Assembly (NCBI GenBank): GCA_949299165.1
Contig: CASFZJ010000004.1
Span: forward strand, 31,965-95,964
Reading direction: 5' to 3'
Origin: an uncultured bacterium
Lineage (GTDB): Bacteria > Bacillota_I > Bacilli_A > RFN20 > CAG-826
DNA: 64,000 nt
The stretch's first letter is position 1. Each line of letters opens with the position of its first letter. Positions 55,413-63,356 of this stretch are shown piece after piece. The notes under the pieces are model-generated. The model had not been told where the DNA came from. It was given only the letters and a program-made list of their open reading frames with translations, and did not search any database. The translations under genes and the position numbers were made by a program.

Positions 55413-56360
55413 ATGCCGAGTTTGATTACACATTACGAATTCTCAAAGCAGAATTTCCCAACACACAAAAAAATGTTTTATTTAGGCTCACAAGGGCCAG
55501 ATCCATTCTTTTATTATGGATATACAAATCCATTTAAAAAGAATATTAAAGATGTAAGAAAATATGGAACATATCTTCACGATATGGATTCATTTATTTC
55601 GTTTTCTTTTTTACTAGATTATGTTAAACAAGCAGAAGATGCAGAAGATGAAGAAATTCTTCTTTCTTTTGTTAAAGGTTTAATGTCTCATTATGTTTTA
55701 GACAGAACCTGTCATCCTTATATTTATTTCAAAACTGGTTTTCCATTAGGTGGAACAATATATTCTTTCTATCATTCATTACTTGAAACAGATATTGATG
55801 TTTTGATTGAAGATAACTTTAACGACAAGCCAAGCTTTAAAGAAATTTTAAAAGTTGATAATAGAGAGTTAAAACTTGTTTCAAAAATGATGTATGAATT
55901 AGCGAAATTTTTGAACATCAAAAACATAACTGAAAAAAGCTACTATCAAAGCGTTAAAACGATGTTAACAGTTAATAGATGCATTAACTCAAAGCTCTTT
56001 GGTTTTAGAAAATTTGTTTTCTCTCATTTTATGAAGACAAGCGTAATTAATGCAATGTCCCATCCTAAATTAAGTAAATTAAATCAAAAGATAGATTATT
56101 TGAATTTAGAGGAAAAAGAATGGAGAAATTTTGTTACAGGCGAAATCGTTGGCAAAGACACATTCTTTGATTTAATTGATAAAGCATATGTTGATTTAGC
56201 ACACGCTTTACAAACTATCGATGATATTTATTACAATGATTTAGATAAAGAACCACTCAATGAATTTATTGGTCAAGTTAATCACAATGGTATTAAACCA
56301 GGTGAAGAGATGAAATATTTCTCTCTTATATTTGATCTAAAGAAAGGTATTTTAGGATGA
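55413..56360 (+). CDS. zinc-dependent phospholipase C-like family protein (function uncertain)
   Basis: 315 aa. N-terminus MPSLITHYEF...YLGSQGPDPFFYYG resembles the H..(x)..G.QGPD.FFY start of that family. Confidence 0.45.
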   Translation: MPSLITHYEFSKQNFPTHKKMFYLGSQGPDPFFYYGYTNPFKKNIKDVRKYGTYLHDMDSFISFSFLLDYVKQAEDAEDEEILLSFVKGLMSHYVLDRTCHPYIYFKTGFPLGGTIYSFYHSLLETDIDVLIEDNFNDKPSFKEILKVDNRELKLVSKMMYELAKFLNIKNITEKSYYQSVKTMLTVNRCINSKLFGFRKFVFSHFMKTSVINAMSHPKLSKLNQKIDYLNLEEKEWRNFVTGEIVGKDTFFDLIDKAYVDLAHALQTIDDIYYNDLDKEPLNEFIGQVNHNGIKPGEEMKYFSLIFDLKKGILG

Positions 56361-57199
56361 AACATGTATATGTAATTACTGGTGGTGGAAGTGGAATGGG
56401 ACTTGCTACAATTAAAGAGTTAGGAAAAGACCATACAATTATTATCACTGGTAGGACTTTAGCTAAACTCGAAAAAGCAGCTAAGGAATTTAATGATCAA
56501 GGTTATGATGTAGTTTGCACAACTTGCGATGTCTCTAATAGAGAAGAAGTTAAAAAGCTCGTTGAATTCTGCACAAGTAAAGGTGACATCGATGCTGTAA
56601 TTCATGCAGCAGGTGTCTCTCCACATATGGGAAATGCCGAAACTATTCTTAAAATTAATGCTTTAGGTACACATTATGTTGATACGGAATTCGCTAAAGT
56701 AATGAAAAGTGGAAGTGTTATTTTAAATGTTTCTTCAATGTCAGCTTATATGCTTCCTAAAGCCATGTTACCGATTAAGAAATATTCTTTAATTTTTAAA
56801 GATGAAAAGAAATTCTTAACTAAACTTGTTAAAAGATCAAGACTCCTTGGAAAGAAGATGGAAACAAGTTTAGGATATCCTATTAGTAAAAACTTTGTTT
56901 GTTGGTACACAAAAAGAGTTGCTAATGTAATGTATGAAAAAGGAATTAGAGTAATTAGTGTTTCTCCAGGAAACTTTGAAACACCAATGGGAGAGCTTGA
57001 AAGTGGACAAGGTAAAGCTTTCCTTAAAAATAACGCCATTAAAAGATTTGGATATCCGGAAGAAATTGCGGTTTTGTTTAAACACTTAATTGATCCAAGA
57101 TTAGGATATCTAACCGGCACCGATATTGTTTGTGATGGCGGATGTGTTGGTAACCTAGAAGTATACACTTCTAAAGAAAAGAAAGAATTCAAATTATAA
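56357..57199 (+). CDS. short-chain dehydrogenase/reductase (SDR)
   Basis: 280 aa. VITGGGSGMGLA cofactor motif, and S...YxxxK region (SSMSAY...YPISK). Overlaps the upstream stop (ATGA). Confidence 0.8.
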   Translation: MKHVYVITGGGSGMGLATIKELGKDHTIIITGRTLAKLEKAAKEFNDQGYDVVCTTCDVSNREEVKKLVEFCTSKGDIDAVIHAAGVSPHMGNAETILKINALGTHYVDTEFAKVMKSGSVILNVSSMSAYMLPKAMLPIKKYSLIFKDEKKFLTKLVKRSRLLGKKMETSLGYPISKNFVCWYTKRVANVMYEKGIRVISVSPGNFETPMGELESGQGKAFLKNNAIKRFGYPEEIAVLFKHLIDPRLGYLTGTDIVCDGGCVGNLEVYTSKEKKEFKL

Positions 57200-57202
57200 A
57201 AA

Positions 57203-57229
57203 AACTCCGCGATTTGCAGAGTTTTTTTT
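57203..57229. terminator. bidirectional terminator (SDR / MFS convergent)
   Basis: AACTCCGC pairs with GCAGAGTT. A-run before and T8 after. Confidence 0.65.
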
Positions 57230-57254
57230 ATAATTGTTATGTCTTTTTAAAATT

Positions 57255-58652
57255 TTAATTTTCTTCAAATGTTTCAGAAGTAATGTTTAATTCTTTATCT
57301 ATTACACTGTTTTCTTCATCGATGAAATGTTGACTCTTTTTGTTAACAATAACAGCGAAGATAAAGACGATACCACCAACAAAGACTAATACTGCAAGAG
57401 GAATAATACCTAAATTTGATGAGTCGGTTGCTTGAGAGATGATACCAAAGAGAAACGTTCCAATAAAACTTGCGCCCTTTCCAAATGCATCAAATAAAGA
57501 GAAGAGTTCACCAGATTTATTCTTAGGAATGATTTGAGTGAAGTAACTTCTTGAAAGAGCTTGGATTCCGCCTTGGAACATACCAACAGCAACGGCTAAA
57601 ATCCAGAACATCCAGTTATTGTTAATAAAGATTGCAAAAATCGTGATGAATAAATAACCAAGAATTCCAACAAATATCATTTTTTCTGTGCCACATTTTT
57701 TTGCAAGATAAGACATTCCGATAGCACAAGGACAAGCGATAACTTGAACAGCAACAAGTGCGATTAATGAGTCAATTTGACCAACGCCAAATCCTCCAGC
57801 GACTTTAATTGCTAGTTCAATAATTGAATAAACGCCATCTATATATAAGAAGAAAGCGATTAAGAAAAGAATAATTCCAGCGTGTTTTCTAGCATATTTG
57901 AAGATTTCCCAAATTCTTTTATATGAATCACTAACAGCTTTAAACATTGATTTTGCTTTGCTTCCTTGGGCTACATCTCTTTCAACGAAATAATTTTGCT
58001 TATAGGTTTTAAATAGAGGAACAGTGAAAGCTAACCACCATAAGCCATTAATAGCAAAACAGATTAAATATCCCCATGGACAAGCAAGAGAAGCATCCAT
58101 TCCTGTTAATAATTGGCCATCAGCACCATATGCTTCATATCCAGTAAAACCAAAAGCACAAATTGCGATTCCAATTAAGAATGGCACCAAACTACCAATA
58201 TAACCAAACGCATAACCATATGCAGAGACTTTATTTGTTCTTTCAATACTAGTTGTATCAACAAGCATTGAGTCATAAATCATAAGTGCGCCATTGTAGC
58301 AAACTTTACAAATAACAAATAAGATTAACCAACCAACGAAATTCATTGGGACGCCAAGTAAAATACATCCAATTACTGCTAGCAATGTGAAGATTAAGAA
58401 CATTGGCTTTTTAAAGTTTTTGTAATCGCTTAATGTTCCAATTAATGGTCCAATTAAAACGGCGATTAAGGTAACAATACTTGCAGCATAAGACCAAAAA
58501 GCATCTGAATCAGTTGAACTTATTCCCGCAAGGTTTGTTAAATTCGTAAAAAACAACGCAAAAAGAGAAACTGAAACCATTGTGAAGGCACTATTTCCAA
58601 CATCATAAAGGATCCAACATAACTCTTTTTTGGTTAACTTCTTCTTTTTCAT
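57255..58652 (-). CDS. MFS transporter, UMF1 (Atg22-like) family
   Basis: 465 aa. ...KKELCWILYDVGNSAFTMVSVSLFALFF... start typical of UMF1, with about 12 TM. Confidence 0.75.
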   Translation of the reverse strand: MKKKKLTKKELCWILYDVGNSAFTMVSVSLFALFFTNLTNLAGISSTDSDAFWSYAASIVTLIAVLIGPLIGTLSDYKNFKKPMFLIFTLLAVIGCILLGVPMNFVGWLILFVICKVCYNGALMIYDSMLVDTTSIERTNKVSAYGYAFGYIGSLVPFLIGIAICAFGFTGYEAYGADGQLLTGMDASLACPWGYLICFAINGLWWLAFTVPLFKTYKQNYFVERDVAQGSKAKSMFKAVSDSYKRIWEIFKYARKHAGIILFLIAFFLYIDGVYSIIELAIKVAGGFGVGQIDSLIALVAVQVIACPCAIGMSYLAKKCGTEKMIFVGILGYLFITIFAIFINNNWMFWILAVAVGMFQGGIQALSRSYFTQIIPKNKSGELFSLFDAFGKGASFIGTFLFGIISQATDSSNLGIIPLAVLVFVGGIVFIFAVIVNKKSQHFIDEENSVIDKELNITSETFEEN

Positions 58653-58756
58653 AAATTTTTAACCTAAATCCTTCCTTTGTTTACGTAAAAATTTTAATGA
58701 TATAATCTTTAAGATTCAATAAATTGTGAGAAATTAAGGGAAATATTTACTTTTTC

Positions 58757-58926
58757 TTTACATTGGAGTTTAGGATGAATTTGAAAACTCACTTGTTTTT
58801 GATCTAAACTTTTAGTCCAAAAGTCGATTGCATTTTGGTCAAGATTTACACAAAACTCCCTTTCACTTTGGTCAAAAAATGAATAAAACCCCCTTGCATT
58901 TTGGTCCAAAGGGCAACTTTATAAAA
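58757..58926 (+). repeat. degenerate tandem array A, about 5 units of ~33-36 bp (TTGCATTTTGGTCAA...AAAAC.CCC)
   Basis: Units at about 58757, 58793, 58829, 58861 and 58894. The best three are TTGCATTTTGGTCAAGATTTACACAAAACTCCC, TTTCACTTTGGTCAAAAAATGAATAAAACCCCC and TTGCATTTTGGTCCAAAGGGCAAC... Confidence 0.65.
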
Positions 58927-58946
58927 AACTATATAATAAAAAACTC

Positions 58947-59062
58947 CAAAAACGTGCAATTAATTCAAATAAAATCTTGCAAAAACGTGCAATTAATTCA
59001 AATAAAATCTCGTAAAAACGTGCAATTAATTCAAATAAAATCTTGTAAAAACGTGTAATAAA
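58947..59062 (+). repeat. tandem array B, 3.5 near-identical units of 33 bp
   Basis: CAAAAACGTGCAATTAATTCAAATAAAATCTTG at 58947-58979, 58980-59012 (1 mismatch) and 59013-59045 (1 mismatch), plus a partial unit to about 59062. Ends 17 nt before the AAA ATPase ATG. Confidence 0.9.
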
Positions 59063-59078
59063 TACTATCTTATTAGAT

Positions 59079-60464
59079 ATGAAAAGAAAATATTTGGAAA
59101 AACTCGTGGAATGGAAAAATAAACCTGATAGGAAACCGCTTATGGTATGGGGAGCAAGGCAAGTTGGCAAAACTTTTTTAATTGAGGTATTATTTGCTAA
59201 AGAATATTATCCAAATTCATATTTAAAAATAGATTGTTCAAATGATGAAGATTTTGTTAATTATGTCACAGAACATAATCAGCTAGATAAAGTACTTTTA
59301 TATATAGAATTAAACTATAATTTTAAACCTGATAAAAATCATTTATTGTTTATTGATGAAGTGCAAGAATGTTTGCCAATAGTTAAAATGATGAAACATT
59401 TTAACGAGATTAGACGTGATATTCCTTTAATTGTTTCTGGATCGCTTGTAAGATTAAAGATATTTAGATCTGCTCATAAACGTGGTGTAAGAACTGATAA
59501 AAAGAAATTTCTTTTTCCAGTAGGAAAAATTAATGAATTATATATTTATCCGCTTACTTTTGATGAATTTTTAATTAATTATAAGCCAAATATATATGAA
59601 TATTTAAAAGATTGCTATACGAATAATAAGTCGATTGACGCTGGATTTCATTCTAAATTTTTAGAAATTTTTAAAGAATATTTATTTATTGGAGGCATGC
59701 CGGAAGCAGTTGATTTTTTCATAAAAAATGTAGAAAAAGATAGAGCATTTGCTTTTAAGAATGTGGTTTTAATTATTAAAGAAATTTATAACAATTATTT
59801 AGCAGACATGGACTTATATCAAGTATCACCAGAAGCTATAATTAGAAGTCGTTTAATTTATAAAGATATATATAAACAACTGAACAAGGAAAATAAAAAT
59901 TTTAAATTTTCTCTAACAGAAAAAAATGCACGTGGAAGAGATATGTTAAATCCGATAGGATGGTTAGTTGAAGCGAAAATTGTGAATCAATCTTTTGAAC
60001 TTAAAGAAAAGATAACAACACCATTAACAGAAAATAATGATTCATTGATGCGCCTTTACTTAGCTGATATGGGGATGTTCACTTATCAAAGTGGCTTAAA
60101 TGCAAGGATGTTTACTTTGAATTCAGAAAATTCACTGTCTGGAATTTACTATGAAAATTATATGGCTTGTGAACTTGTTGCAAGAGATATAAAACTTTTT
60201 TATTGGCGCGGGAAAAGAGATAGCGAGTTTGAGTTTATACTTGATTTAGATGGAAGAGTAATCCCTATTGATGTCAAAAAAGGTAAATCGAGACTTAACT
60301 CACTAGATGAATTTAGAAATCACAATAAAAAATGGTTAGCAATTAAAATTTCTTCTAATCAATACGGCTATAATAACGAAAAAGAGATTCTTACAATTCC
60401 GTTTTATTTTGTACCGTTCTTTTTAGATGATTTGGAAAATGGCTTAGTTAGAATCTATAAATAG
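59079..60464 (+). CDS. AAA-family ATPase with C-terminal DUF4143 (PD-(D/E)xK-like) domain
   Basis: 461 aa. Walker A GARQVGKT and Walker B LLFIDEVQ. C-terminal ...RGKRDSEFEFILDLDGRVIPIDVKKGKS... fits the E/D...E.K nuclease-fold signature of DUF4143. Confidence 0.75.
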   Translation: MKRKYLEKLVEWKNKPDRKPLMVWGARQVGKTFLIEVLFAKEYYPNSYLKIDCSNDEDFVNYVTEHNQLDKVLLYIELNYNFKPDKNHLLFIDEVQECLPIVKMMKHFNEIRRDIPLIVSGSLVRLKIFRSAHKRGVRTDKKKFLFPVGKINELYIYPLTFDEFLINYKPNIYEYLKDCYTNNKSIDAGFHSKFLEIFKEYLFIGGMPEAVDFFIKNVEKDRAFAFKNVVLIIKEIYNNYLADMDLYQVSPEAIIRSRLIYKDIYKQLNKENKNFKFSLTEKNARGRDMLNPIGWLVEAKIVNQSFELKEKITTPLTENNDSLMRLYLADMGMFTYQSGLNARMFTLNSENSLSGIYYENYMACELVARDIKLFYWRGKRDSEFEFILDLDGRVIPIDVKKGKSRLNSLDEFRNHNKKWLAIKISSNQYGYNNEKEILTIPFYFVPFFLDDLENGLVRIYK

Positions 60465-60634
60465 AAAATACTCTTTTTGCAACTTACCAATTGATAATTC
60501 AAAACAATTTTAGGTTTATACTTACTTTATTCAACAAGACATATTTGTTTGTTCGTTTACTAAATCGAAATCAACAGATCCATCAAGAAAAACACACAGC
60601 ATGTCTTACTGAAAGTTTATAATTAGTGTGAATT

Positions 60635-60770
60635 TGTATAAAAGTCCAGGAAATATTATCGATAACTTCAAAAATTTGCATAAAAACTCCGAGCAAATTG
60701 TTAAAAACCCTAGGAAAAAATGCAAAAAGTCGAAAAAAAGCGTATTTAGAAAATTTACATTTTTTAAATT
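60635..60770 (+). repeat. dispersed ~40-bp repeat family, locus 11
   Basis: AAAGTCCAGGAAATATT..., then CCCTAGGAAAAAATGCAAAAAGTCGAAAAAAAGCG..., nearly identical in pattern to 20216-20240 and 20255-20280. Confidence 0.65.
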
Positions 60771-60805
60771 TTTATGCTCGTTGTTTTGGTTTATAATTTA
60801 TTCGT

Positions 60806-61519
60806 ATGAACGAGAAATTTACTAAAAATTATCAAATAACAACAAATATGATGGATAAAAACGATGTCATAAAAGTATCTACGCTTTTAGATATCGCTCA
60901 AGAAATTGCGGGAAAACACGCAGATGTTCTTGGCTGTGGCTTTGAACCAATGATTAAACAAAACTTAATACGGGTAGTTGTAAGAAATTATGTTGAAATA
61001 TACAAAGAACCTAAAAATTTTGATGAAATTACTGCTGTGACTTATCCACTTAAACCAAGATTCGTTGAATTTAATAGAGATACAGAGTTCTATCATAATG
61101 GTGAATTATTTGCAGCTGTAAGGTCAACATGGATGGTAATTAATATTAAAAATTATCAAGTTGAAGCGCCTAACTTTTTCGATTCTTATGCTGACTCACT
61201 CGGTTTTTTTAAAAGAAGAATTAAAAAGTTACCAACTATTGAAAAAAGTGAACTTACAAAAGCCAAAGATGTCGAAATTGTTTACTCAATGTTAGATCAC
61301 AACGGACATATGAATAACACTAAATATTTGGATTTCTATTTAGATATATTTAAACCCACAAATTCAACAAAAACACTGCAAATAGAATATATAAAACAAA
61401 GTTTTTTAGATGAAACTCTAGAACTTTATATAAATGATAAAGGTGAAAAGAGATATTTAGCTGGATATAAAAATGATGAATTAAGATTCTATATGGAATG
61501 TGAGGAGTTTAAAAATTAG
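60806..61519 (+). CDS. acyl-ACP thioesterase
   Basis: 237 aa, double hot-dog pattern. ...LLDIAQEIAGKHADVLG... and ...SMLDHNGHMNNTKYLDFYLD... Confidence 0.75.
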   Translation: MNEKFTKNYQITTNMMDKNDVIKVSTLLDIAQEIAGKHADVLGCGFEPMIKQNLIRVVVRNYVEIYKEPKNFDEITAVTYPLKPRFVEFNRDTEFYHNGELFAAVRSTWMVINIKNYQVEAPNFFDSYADSLGFFKRRIKKLPTIEKSELTKAKDVEIVYSMLDHNGHMNNTKYLDFYLDIFKPTNSTKTLQIEYIKQSFLDETLELYINDKGEKRYLAGYKNDELRFYMECEEFKN

Positions 61520-61520
61520 T

Positions 61521-62423
61521 ATGAAAATTAGTGAAAGAGTTAAAAAGGCTTTAAGTGAAGGAAAACCAGTTATTGCACTTGAAACAACCATCATTTCTCA
61601 TGGCATGCCTTACCCAAAAAATGTTGAATGCGCATTAGCTGTTGAAAAAACTATTGAAGAAAATGGTGCTATACCAGCAACGATTGGAATTATTGAAGGC
61701 GAACCAATTATTGGTATGAGCCATGAAGAAATTGAACTTTTTGGAAAAACTAAAGGCATTGAAAAAGTTTCAAGAAGAGATTTACCAATTATATGTGCCG
61801 AGAAAAAATGGGGAGCAACAACAGTTAGTGCAACAATGATTCTTGCTGAACTTGCTGGAATTGAATTCTTTGTAACTGGTGGAATTGGTGGAGTTCATAG
61901 AAAAGCACAAGAAACTTTTGATATCAGCGCTGATTTAGATGAACTTGGAAAAACTAATGTATCTGTAATTTGTGCTGGACCTAAAGCAATTTTGGATTTA
62001 AATCTCACAATGGAATATTTAGAAACAAAAGGTGTACCAGTTATTGGATACAATACAGATAAATTACCTGCATTTTTTACTAGAACTAGTGATTTAAGAG
62101 TTGACTATAATGCAAAAACACCTCTTGATATTGCAAAAATTGTTAAATCAAAAAGAGATTATAAATTAAATGGCGGAGTTTTAATTACAAACCCAATTCC
62201 TGAAGAATATTCGATGGATCCTGCTTATATAAATAAAGAAATAGATAAAGCGTTAGTTGAAATGGAAAAAGCTGGGGTCAAAGGAAAAGATGAGACTCCA
62301 TATTTACTTGCAAAGATTGTTGAGCTAACTCAAGGCAAGAGTTTAGAAGCAAATATTCACTTAATATTAAATAACGCAAAACTTGGTGCACAAATCGCCT
62401 CTGAATATGTTAAATTAAAGTAG
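61521..62423 (+). CDS. psuG: pseudouridine-5'-phosphate glycosidase
   Basis: ...KPVIALETTIISHGMPYPKN... and ...TGGIGGVHR... are hallmark PsuG motifs. Start at ATG 61521, after the thioesterase stop. Confidence 0.9.
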   Translation: MKISERVKKALSEGKPVIALETTIISHGMPYPKNVECALAVEKTIEENGAIPATIGIIEGEPIIGMSHEEIELFGKTKGIEKVSRRDLPIICAEKKWGATTVSATMILAELAGIEFFVTGGIGGVHRKAQETFDISADLDELGKTNVSVICAGPKAILDLNLTMEYLETKGVPVIGYNTDKLPAFFTRTSDLRVDYNAKTPLDIAKIVKSKRDYKLNGGVLITNPIPEEYSMDPAYINKEIDKALVEMEKAGVKGKDETPYLLAKIVELTQGKSLEANIHLILNNAKLGAQIASEYVKLK

Positions 62424-62444
62424 ATATTTAAATAGGTGAATGAT

Positions 62445-63335
62445 ATGGATAAAACTTTACTCTTAATTGGTGGTAGTAATATTGACTATATTGCAACTAG
62501 CAAAGAAAAATTACAAAAACGTGTTTCGAATATTGGCGAAGTGAGCATTACTTTTGGTGGCGTTATGAGAAATATCGCTGAAAATTTAGCTCGACTCGGA
62601 AATAAAATTGATTTTGTTACCGCGATTGGAAAAGATGCAAACGGACAAGAGTTAAAAAAAGAACTTATTGAACTTGGAGTAAATGTTATTTCACCTGATT
62701 CAGATTTACCTAGTGGAAGTTATGTCGCAATTAATGACTCAAACCATGACATGGTTGATGGAGTTTGTGATAATCGAATTATTGAAACTATAGATGTTGA
62801 ATTTTTGAAAACTTTAGAAGATTTAATTTCTTCTCATGAATATATTATTTTAGACGCAAACCTTCCAAAAGCGACAATTGATTATATTTTTAGTGTTTAT
62901 GGCGATAAAAAAATTATTGTTGAAGCAATTTCGCCTACTAAAGTCTTAAAATTTAAAGATCATTTAGATCAAATTTATTTAATTAAATGCAATATTCATG
63001 AGGCAAGAATGCTCATGGGTATTGATTTAATGGAAAAAGATCTTGTTAGTGGACTTTTAACTCGTGGAGCTAAAAACGTTGTTGTGTCTCATGGAGCACA
63101 TGATGTTTATTTTGGTGAAAACTATCGTCGAGTTGATCTTGTTAAAGTTAATGAAGTTAAAGAATTTGTTAATACTACTGGATGTGGTGATGCTCTTACA
63201 AGTGGCGTTATCGATTATTTCTTAAGAGGTAAAAAACTTAAAGAAGCGGTAGCTTTTGGAAATGAACTTTCTCGTCTTACTCTCATGAGTAAAGGCGCAA
63301 CAACTAAGGAGATTGAAAAATATAAGCATGAATAG
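62445..63335 (+). CDS. psuK: pseudouridine kinase (PfkB family)
   Basis: PfkB motifs (...LLIGGSNIDY..., ...NTTGCGDALTSG...) and adjacency to psuG. ATG 62445 is preferred over GTG 62436. Confidence 0.75.
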   Translation: MDKTLLLIGGSNIDYIATSKEKLQKRVSNIGEVSITFGGVMRNIAENLARLGNKIDFVTAIGKDANGQELKKELIELGVNVISPDSDLPSGSYVAINDSNHDMVDGVCDNRIIETIDVEFLKTLEDLISSHEYIILDANLPKATIDYIFSVYGDKKIIVEAISPTKVLKFKDHLDQIYLIKCNIHEARMLMGIDLMEKDLVSGLLTRGAKNVVVSHGAHDVYFGENYRRVDLVKVNEVKEFVNTTGCGDALTSGVIDYFLRGKKLKEAVAFGNELSRLTLMSKGATTKEIEKYKHE

Positions 63336-63356
63336 CTTATATTTTTTCTTTTTGTT

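Noticed and set aside
56746-57192. 148-aa antisense ORF inside the SDR gene. Similar long antisense ORFs: 51171-51584 (in hydB), 37244-37636 (in the ABC permease), 31194-31553 (in the DUF2130-like gene), 5116-5382 (across the recF/gyrB junction), 12394-12684 (in tadA), 17495-17773 (in the ATPase gene)
   Set aside because: All lie opposite well-supported conserved genes. They are Ser/Leu/Phe-rich, the mirror of Lys/Glu/Asn-rich sense codons, and lack RBS and recognisable motifs.
58947-59062. Possible CRISPR array (33-bp direct repeats)
   Set aside because: The repeats are directly abutting with no unique spacers, are extremely AT-rich, and no cas genes are present. This is a plain tandem repeat.
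58709-59170. ORFs 58709-58909(-), 58828-59058(+) and 58919-59170(-) with 11-aa periodic peptides (e.g. KNVQLIQIKSC x3)
   Set aside because: The periodicity simply reflects 33-bp DNA repeats. There is no RBS, the ORFs overlap each other and the start of the AAA ATPase gene, and both strands are 'coding' equally well.
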